Shown here: positions 1 to 6,344 of the stretch, one piece after another | Numbering within the stretch: position 1 is the stretch's first letter | Layout: each line of letters starts with the position of its first letter | Assembly: GCA_963813075.1 (NCBI GenBank) | Contig: CAWEXU010000021.1 | Span: 1 to 21,695, forward strand | Source: Methanotrichaceae archaeon | GTDB lineage: Archaea; Halobacteriota; Methanosarcinia; Methanotrichales; Methanotrichaceae | DNA length: 21,695 bases | Reading direction: 5' to 3' | Program-made: the position numbers and the translations under genes | Notes under the pieces: generated by a model | Seen by the model: the letters and a program-made list of their open reading frames with translations, nothing else | What the model was told of the DNA's origin: nothing | Databases searched by the model: none

Positions 1-52
1 CTACTCTATCATCTCAGCGACAAATAGCATACGGCCGTGATTCAATAATGGA

Positions 53-2671
53 TCATACCCCGGTCATATAGAACGCGGCCCAGTAGAATGGATGTCGGAA
101 TCGCTCATCCTCTCGCAGCTCTCTTTGGGCCTCGGCCAGGGCCTGCACTGGCTGCTTGCCTTCCGTCCGCCAGAGCTGATAAAAGCGAGTCATGAGCATG
201 GCTGTGCTCTTTTCCGATACCGTCCAGAGTGAGCCGATAGCTCCAGCAAAGCCCGCTCGGATGAAAGCGGAAGGCAGCGATACCACCTCGTCCGGGACCC
301 GGGTTCCCGGCACTCCCGTCTCGCAGGCGGAGAGGGTGGCCAGACGGGCTCCCACCAGGTGTAGCTCGAAAAGATCCTTGATGGTCAGTACCTCGCCATT
401 GGCCATGATAAGGCCGCTATTCTCGGGATCACCCCAATTTGCCGCCCCGTGGCAGGAGAAGTGGGCCACCTGGGCTTCTGGTAGCGCCTCCAGGACTGCT
501 CTGCGGGTTGCTTTTTCTTGCTCCAGGATTTGGGGATCATGGAAGTGGCTGCTTATGGCCAGAACCTCATCATGGGAGTTGGGAAGAGGCGAGGGCTTGA
601 GCAGCCTGGGCTCGTCAATGGCCAGCAGCAGATCTGCACTTCTGGCATTGCGTCTGGCATGGGATAGGGCGCGGGCCGAGGGGATGTAGGATATGGGCTG
701 CAGGTCCTGGAAGTACTCCCTTTTGCCGCCCTCATCCCTCCAGGCAGCGTGCAGGGGCAGGAGGGCGAGCAGGCCGGTGGTAATCAGGAAGGCCTGATCT
801 GGCTTGAGCGATTGAAGAGCAGCATACACCGGCTCTGCCACCTCCTGCCAGAGTTCGCCTGTGACCGCCTCAATGGCATCAAACCACTTGCTTTGAGCTT
901 GAAGATATTCTCCCGCATCTATCTTATCCGCGATCAGCTTCTGCAGTGCCTCCTGCCAGCCGCCATAGGAATCGAACCAAGTCTTGAGATGCTCTTGCAG
1001 CCGCTCTTCCGAGAGGCCATCCATATCGACCGCCTGCACAGAGACATCACCACCAGATCGGCTGACGATCAGGGCCACTCCGCCCCCCGGAGCAGCCGCA
1101 ATATAGACCAGTGGCTGGCCTTCAACCACAGCAGTCGCGATCTCCTCCCACCCCGGCTCCGCGAGGAAGCTCTCATAGCCTGGGATGCGCCTGATGCGAT
1201 CTAGCGCTCTGTCCAGCCTGGACCGAGCCTGCATCATCAGATCGCGCAAGGGAGGCAAATCCTTGCCTTCGGCCAAGTCTCCTTTTCTCTCCTGAGATTC
1301 CAGGTTCTGCAGCTCTTCCACCGCCTGGCTGTAGAGCTCGTAGGCCCGGGAATCCACTTTCCGGACCTTCTCCAGGTCTGCCCGGTCCCTGGCCAGAGCG
1401 TCTCCCAGGCCCCGCGCCCGGCCCTGCTCCAGGGCCACTGCAGCGTTCTTCAATTTATTTGATTTTGCCAGAGCATATCCCGCTCGCCGGTAAAGGTTTC
1501 GCGTCTCTGCCAGCTCCGCCTCCCTGCTGGCTTGAAAGATAGAGGATCTGTAAAGCTCCTTTGCCGCCTCTATCCCTGTAAAGTAGGAATCTGCTGCTGG
1601 AGAGTAGCGCTGAACTTCCAGAAAGAGATTACCCAAACGATAAGCCGTCCGCCAGCAGCGGTTGGGAAATCCTTTTGGAGTGTAGATCATTAGGGCCAGG
1701 CTGTAGTGTTCGATCGCCTGCTCGATGTTCTCCGCCCTGTCGCCCCCCCGTATGCGTTCGCTGTAGGCATTGGCCAGGTTGTTCTGGGTCTCGGCCCGGT
1801 CCTGCGGGAAGTCCTCCTCGGTCCTGATCTTCAGTGCCAGGCTGCCGTGCTCGATTGCCTGCTCGATATTCTCCGCCCTGTCGCCCCGTATGCGTTCGCT
1901 GTAGGCATTGGCCAGGTTGTTCTGTGTCCCGGCCCAATTCTGCGGGAAGTCCTTCTCGGTGTAGATCTTCAGTGCCAGGCTGTAGTGCTCGATCGCCAGC
2001 TCGATGTTCTCCGCTCGATCGCCCCGTATGCGGTTGTTGTAGGCTAGGGCCAGGTTGTTCTGGGTCATGGCCCAATCCTGGGGGAAGTCCTTCTGGGTCC
2101 TGATCTTCAGTGCCAGGCTGTAGTGCTCGATCGCCAGCTCGATATTCTCCGCCCTGTTGCCTCGTATACGGCTCCAGTAAGCAGCGGCCAGGTCGTTCTG
2201 TGTCGCAGCCCAGTCCTGGGGGAAGTCCTTCTGGGTGTAGATCTTCAGTGCCAGGCAATAGTGCTCGATTGCCAGCTCGATGTTCTCCGCTCGATCGCCC
2301 CGTATGCGGTCGCTGTAGGCTATGGCCAGGTTGTTCTGTGTCATAGCCCACTTTTGCGGGAAGTCCTTCTGTGTGTAGATCTTCAGTGCCAGGCTGTAGT
2401 GCTCGATTGCCAGCTCGATGTTCTCCGCCCGGTTGCCCAGGGGAAACTGGGACAGGCTATTTGCCAGCTCATTCTGCAATTCTGCCCACAGCTCGGCATT
2501 CTGCTCGCGGGAGACCAGCTCTAAAGCCCTCTGGCACAGATCGATGCGCTTTGGCATATCCACCAGACGGGGTGGCCGGGAGAGCTCCTCCAGTATCTGG
2601 GAGAGTTCTATTCCCTCCTTGGATTTCTGCGTTGCAAGGGAAGACCTAAGACCCTTCTTTCTCCTTCCCAA
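53..2671 (-). CDS. TPR-repeat CHAT-domain (caspase-like, clan CD) cysteine protease
   Basis: 872-aa ORF with a TTG start preceded by GGAGG. Six 46-aa TPR-like repeats (ENIELAIEHY...FPQxWAxTQNNLAxAY). The C-terminal CHAT domain has the intact His motif HFSCHG and Cys motif LSACETG, plus LALLPLHAA, GSLWTV and a terminal HPFYWAAF. Confidence 0.93.
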   Translation of the reverse strand: MGRRKKGLRSSLATQKSKEGIELSQILEELSRPPRLVDMPKRIDLCQRALELVSREQNAELWAELQNELANSLSQFPLGNRAENIELAIEHYSLALKIYTQKDFPQKWAMTQNNLAIAYSDRIRGDRAENIELAIEHYCLALKIYTQKDFPQDWAATQNDLAAAYWSRIRGNRAENIELAIEHYSLALKIRTQKDFPQDWAMTQNNLALAYNNRIRGDRAENIELAIEHYSLALKIYTEKDFPQNWAGTQNNLANAYSERIRGDRAENIEQAIEHGSLALKIRTEEDFPQDRAETQNNLANAYSERIRGGDRAENIEQAIEHYSLALMIYTPKGFPNRCWRTAYRLGNLFLEVQRYSPAADSYFTGIEAAKELYRSSIFQASREAELAETRNLYRRAGYALAKSNKLKNAAVALEQGRARGLGDALARDRADLEKVRKVDSRAYELYSQAVEELQNLESQERKGDLAEGKDLPPLRDLMMQARSRLDRALDRIRRIPGYESFLAEPGWEEIATAVVEGQPLVYIAAAPGGGVALIVSRSGGDVSVQAVDMDGLSEERLQEHLKTWFDSYGGWQEALQKLIADKIDAGEYLQAQSKWFDAIEAVTGELWQEVAEPVYAALQSLKPDQAFLITTGLLALLPLHAAWRDEGGKREYFQDLQPISYIPSARALSHARRNARSADLLLAIDEPRLLKPSPLPNSHDEVLAISSHFHDPQILEQEKATRRAVLEALPEAQVAHFSCHGAANWGDPENSGLIMANGEVLTIKDLFELHLVGARLATLSACETGVPGTRVPDEVVSLPSAFIRAGFAGAIGSLWTVSEKSTAMLMTRFYQLWRTEGKQPVQALAEAQRELREDERFRHPFYWAAFYMTGV
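1664..2440 (-). repeat. 138-bp tandem repeat (6 copies) encoding 46-aa TPR-like units
   Basis: The anchor GAT(G/A)TTCTCCGC recurs at 2417, 2279, 2141, 2003, 1865 and 1724, giving spacings of 138, 138, 138, 138 and 141. Confidence 0.95.
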
Positions 2672-2675
2672 ATAT

Positions 2676-2738
2676 TCAACCTCCGCCCGCGTCTATTTTT
2701 GATGTATTCTGCACTATAAAAGTAATATTCCTGTTGCC
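2676..2738 (-). pseudogene. Detached native C-terminus of the 3-TM membrane protein gene
   Basis: After removing the IS and one TSD copy, the frame continues ...DSGAIS-GNRNITFIVQNTSKIDAGGG* with TGA at 2678-2676, 4 nt before the CHAT TTG. Confidence 0.8.
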
Positions 2739-2746
2739 TGAAATTG

Positions 2747-3920
2747 GGTCGTGAATCTGCAATCGGCTGTTATTTATATAACCTATTCATATATGCTACG
2801 TGGGGTGTAGCAAAATGGGCAAAAGAGGTCCAAAGCCTCGATTCTTAGATGTAGCATGTCCGAATGAGCAGTGCAGTCTATTTGGAATTGCTGGGAAAGG
2901 TAACGTCACTGTGTACGGAACCTACAAGATAAGCTCCGGTAAGGTCAGGAAATATGTTTGCCACACATGCGGCACCAGATTCTGCGATAGAACTAACACT
3001 GCATTCTATGACTCAAGAACAAACGAAGAAAAAATCAAGCTGGCTCTAAAAATGGCCATGCGTGGAATGAGCGTTTTAGGAATAGCTGAGATCGTTGAGT
3101 CAAAACCATCTACGGTAAGCACCTGGATCTCGAAAGCAGCAAAGCATAGCGAAAAAGTCAATGAAGTTGTCTTGAAGGATGTAGAGACTCCAAAGGTAGA
3201 GATGGACGAGGCATGGACTTTTGTGGGGAAAAAACACTACCCAGAGAAGGTGAATACGAAGACAAGGGAACCTGGATCTGGATAAGCATGGCCGCAAATT
3301 GTAGGTTAGTGCTTTCCCATGTTATCGGTGAGCGATCTCAGGAAAATGCAGATCAGCTCGTTTCAAATACCGCCAAAAGACTCAGATCAATGCCGCTCTT
3401 TGTGACGGATGGATTAAGACTATATGCAGCAGCTCTTCGAAAGCAATATGGAAAACTACAGCCATTCGCATCAACGGGCAAGCGAGGGCGACCTCGAAGT
3501 CCTAAATTAATCGTAGATGACCTATTAAAATATGCTCAAGTCATTAAAATGAGGATCGACGGCAGGCTAAAAAAAGTGGTCAAGAAAATCATATTTGGTA
3601 AAGATATAGACCACAAAATGATATCTACCAGCTACATTGAACGGCAAAACCTGACATGCAGACAAGATAATAACCGCATATCTAGGAAAACCATAGGTTT
3701 CTCTAAGGAGACTAAAGAATTGGATAACCAAATGACCCTATATTTCGCGCACTTCAACTACTGCCGAAAGCATCGCGCTCTAAAATATAGAAATGAGATG
3801 GGCATAACGAAGTTCAATAGTCCTGCGAAGCAAGCTGGCTTAATCGATCATGTCTGGAGCTTGCAGGAACTCTTGACTTTTCCATATTACAAAACTAAAA
3901 CCTATTAGGGGGTCACGACC
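2747..3920 (+). mobile_element. IS1-family insertion sequence, complete (1174 bp)
   Basis: Terminal inverted repeats GGTCGTGA (2747-2754) and TCACGACC (3913-3920). Flanking 8-bp direct repeat TGAAATTG at 2739-2746 and 3921-3928. Two overlapping transposase ORFs. Visibly more AT-rich than its flanks. Confidence 0.93.
2815..3908 (+). CDS. IS1-family transposase (InsA-like 2815-3285 plus InsB-like frame to 3908, joined by a probable -1 frameshift)
   Basis: ORF1 has a Zn ribbon (CPNEQC...CHTC), an HTH and EMDEAWTFVGKK. ORF2, in the -1 frame, has WIWISM, FVTDG and TSYIERQN, the DDE remainder. A slippery GGGG-AAAAAA-C lies at 3225-3235 in the overlap. Confidence 0.88.
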
Positions 3921-4478
3921 TGAAATTGCACCTGAGTCTTTTTCTATAGCATATGCCAATATAAGGCCGGACAGATTCTTTGATTTGCCGATATCATCCC
4001 CGACTATCACCAAATGCACTGTCTCTTCATCAGACTTCGCATCCTCTACCGGCCCAGTCCCCAGCCAGAGGATGGAGATCGATGTTGCAGCGAGAGCTAT
4101 AACGAAGAGGACCGAGCCGATCTTGAGCCGGTGTCTCTTATTTCGGCTGACATCCATGGTGACAATTGCGATATCGCTGGGACTCCGGGCATTGAACCGC
4201 AGGCGGTTAGGGAAATAGACCCAGGCAAGAGAGCTTATGCACAACAGCCAGAGGACGATGGGAGTGCAGATTACCACCCAGTCGAGCAGATCCGACGCCC
4301 TCTCATTGAACTTGAAGAGGGCCAGGGCTCCAGCATAAACGGTGAGTAGAGATGAGCCCAGGGTCAGAAAGGATTTGGCCGCTTCATCCAGGACATTGGG
4401 CGACTCCTGAATCATCTGTCGGCCGTACTTAAGCCACTCTATGTCCTCCTCATAGGGCTCCTGCCCAACGATTGGCAT
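3921..4478 (-). pseudogene. 3-TM membrane protein (PycTM-like), N-terminal 186 codons, interrupted by the IS
   Basis: ATG lies 1 nt after the upstream stop. Three hydrophobic helices at about aa 37-56, 64-88 and 120-140. The frame now reads into the IS antisense strand, adding a 26-aa foreign tail that ends at 3840. Confidence 0.8.
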
Positions 4479-4479
4479 A

Positions 4480-4653
4480 TCATCCCTCTGAATGGGGTAT
4501 TACTATTCGGTTGGCATAGCTGCAATGCGGGCATCTCTCGATGATCACCATCTGGCCTGGGGACTTGAAGGCCTCACCATCATCTCCATCCGTCTCGCAG
4601 ACAAACTCTCGCCCGCACTTCTCGTTCTTGCAGATAACCCAAATCCTTGCCAC
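4480..4653 (-). CDS. Small Zn-ribbon protein (57 aa; CKNEKC...CPHC)
   Basis: GTG at 4653 follows a strong GAGGAGG RBS. Two Cys pairs flank an acidic loop. The stop is 1 nt before the next ATG (GGA TGA T ATG). The longer 130-aa ORF in the track is probably an over-extension. Confidence 0.75.
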   Translation of the reverse strand: MARIWVICKNEKCGREFVCETDGDDGEAFKSPGQMVIIERCPHCSYANRIVIPHSEG

Positions 4654-4812
4654 TTGCCAACCCTCCTCTTGTCTGATCACAGCATTTAATCCTGAACTGA
4701 TCAGCATTTCGGTTGAGGAGATCTGAGGGCAAAATTGCAAATATGACAGAATCACTGCAATATTATGGCTCTTCGCTGAATTATGTGGGTGGGCACAGCA
4801 GAGATTATAGCC

Positions 4813-4882
4813 TCTGTTCCTCTGTGTCTCTGTGGTTGGGTCAGAGCATAGCGGTTCACCACATAGGCACAAAAGACACAGA
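4813..4882. repeat. Imperfect inverted repeat (REP-like, ACCACAGAGACACAGAG-type arms)
   Basis: Arm 1 TCTGTTCCTCTGTGTCTCTGTGGT (4813-4836) pairs with arm 2 ACCACATAGGCACAAAAGACACAGA (4858-4882). The inner 16 bp match at 13 positions, with a 21-nt spacer. Confidence 0.5.
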
Positions 4883-4924
4883 AAATTTCCGATTCAAGTC
4901 CACTCATGCTAAATAGCGAGGAGC

Positions 4925-4960
4925 CAAAAAAGAAAAATCTGCGGCCGCAATGGCCGCATT
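4925..4960 (-). terminator. Hairpin plus U-tract terminator of the LTD gene
   Basis: On the minus strand TGCGGCC-ATTGC-GGCCGCA is followed by GATTTTTCTTTTTT, just after the stop at 4966. Confidence 0.7.
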
Positions 4961-4965
4961 AAGCT

Positions 4966-5769
4966 CTAGTACTGAATCCTATCCTTCCAGGGATCGACAT
5001 ATTCAGTTGCTACCTCTGCTGCAGCAGTGGTGACATCATAGCTGGTTAAGGTATTTCCCGCAGCATCCTTTAAGGTAACGATATTATCGATCCAGAGGGG
5101 CTCAATGCTGTTGGTATAGATATCGGTGGCAGTTCCGGCGCCCATTCCCTCATGAACCTTGATCGATGTGCTAGCATTCAGGACCAGTTCGGGGAAGACG
5201 AAGGTGGCAACTCCTGCAGACTCCAGCGTCCAGCCGGTCATATCCCACTCGCCAATGGCCTCATTGGTCACCTGGACGTACTTATCCTCAGCAGTATTAA
5301 CTACATTGGTGATGGTTACCTTCACCGAAGGAGCCGGGATTCCAGAATCGCGGCTGAATACGGCAGCCCGATCTGCGGATGTGGCCACATCAGAATAGCC
5401 TTCCGGAAGAGCTTTACCCAGAACCAGGGAGGTGCCCGCGGTGTAATTGGAGAGCTGCTTAAACCTTGATGCAGTCTCCTCAACGACAGCGACCTCTTCC
5501 GCGGGTGTCTCGTTCATTGGGGTCTCGTTCGCTGGGGTCTCAACTACTGGAACCTCTTCTACAGGGGCCTCTGTGACATTAATTGTCTCTATTGCAGCAG
5601 TTGCATTGGTGACGGCTGTCATATTTGTGACATTGGTGGCGTTCGTGAGATTGGTGAGATTGGTGATGTTCATATCTGCGAGGGCAGCGATATCTACGTC
5701 CTGGGCAAAAACCAGCCCAACGGAGAAGGCTACCATCATGGATAGAATCAACATTCCTGTACACTTCAT
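4966..5769 (-). CDS. Secreted lamin-tail-domain (LTD) glycoprotein
   Basis: Signal peptide, then an N-x-T-rich and E/P/T-rich stalk. The C-terminal LTD-like domain has YVQVTN...DMTGWTL...FVFP...IKVH...LW...VTLKDAAG. The ATG at 5769 fits GAGGT RBS spacing; 5775 is an alternative start. Confidence 0.8.
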   Translation of the reverse strand: MKCTGMLILSMMVAFSVGLVFAQDVDIAALADMNITNLTNLTNATNVTNMTAVTNATAAIETINVTEAPVEEVPVVETPANETPMNETPAEEVAVVEETASRFKQLSNYTAGTSLVLGKALPEGYSDVATSADRAAVFSRDSGIPAPSVKVTITNVVNTAEDKYVQVTNEAIGEWDMTGWTLESAGVATFVFPELVLNASTSIKVHEGMGAGTATDIYTNSIEPLWIDNIVTLKDAAGNTLTSYDVTTAAAEVATEYVDPWKDRIQY

Positions 5770-5803
5770 ATTCATACCTCAATCAAAACGTATTCGCAGA
5801 AAA

Positions 5804-5817
5804 ATATAAGCCTTTCT
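5804..5817 (-). promoter_or_regulatory. Probable BRE/TATA promoter of the LTD gene
   Basis: AGAAAGGCTTATAT on the minus strand, about 35 nt upstream of the start codon. Confidence 0.55.
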
Positions 5818-5966
5818 TATGGCTTCTTTCGATCCATCCATAATGCCAATATAATTTATTGCTGCTTATGGCCATTGGGCAAAAATGAATGGCAAGAGAA
5901 TATAGGCCCTAATCCGCTCGTTTTGGCGATTTTGCTGAGCCACCATCTCCTGACCTGGGATTTGAT

Positions 5967-6194
5967 TTACTCTTCAGCGGTCTCAGTAACAGTAACGTTT
6001 TCGGCTTCGATAGTCACATTGGTTATGTTTGTCATGTTGGTAACGTTGGTCATATTAGTTACATTGGTCATGTTTGTGGATTCGTTCTCGCTGGCATTAA
6101 GGGTCTCATCCATTACTTCCTCGCTCAAGGCAGCTCCAATTGATAGAGCCATCAAGAGAGAGAAGAGTACCAATCCGCTTGATATTTTGCTCAT
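5967..6194 (-). CDS. Small secreted acidic protein with tandem N-x-T sequons
   Basis: 75 aa with a signal peptide and a GGAG RBS, containing NESTNMTNVTNMTNVTNMTNITNVT. Confidence 0.75.
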   Translation of the reverse strand: MSKISSGLVLFSLLMALSIGAALSEEVMDETLNASENESTNMTNVTNMTNVTNMTNITNVTIEAENVTVTETAEE

Positions 6195-6240
6195 AGTTTA
6201 CACTCCATTTGCTTATATGCGCGTGAAAATCTTTATTGAA

Positions 6241-6253
6241 TATAAACTTTTCC
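6241..6253 (-). promoter_or_regulatory. Probable BRE/TATA promoter of the small glycoprotein gene
   Basis: GGAAAAGTTTATA on the minus strand, about 47 nt upstream of ATG 6194. Confidence 0.6.
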
Positions 6254-6344
6254 ATGACAAAAAAATTACATATCTCAGGATAAGAGGCTAATTGATCAGC
6301 AAAAACAAGCTTTCCTCTTTTACAGATATTGCGGATATCCAGTT

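Noticed and set aside
1664..2440. Tandem repeats as a CRISPR array or DGR template/variable region
   Set aside because: The units are 138-bp in-frame coding repeats without unique spacers. Differences are not confined to adenines, and no reverse transcriptase or cas gene is in the window.
2676..2690. C-terminal GGG of the restored TM protein as a ubiquitin/SAMP-like GG motif
   Set aside because: The codons coincide with the GGAGG RBS of the next gene, and there is no beta-grasp domain or E1-like gene nearby.
1629..2702. Multiple long alternative-frame and antisense ORFs over the TPR region
   Set aside because: Shadow ORFs expected from GC-rich repeated coding sequence, with no RBS or recognisable motifs.
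3840..3920. C-terminal 26 aa of the 212-aa ORF as native sequence
   Set aside because: It lies inside the IS boundaries defined by the TIR and TSD.
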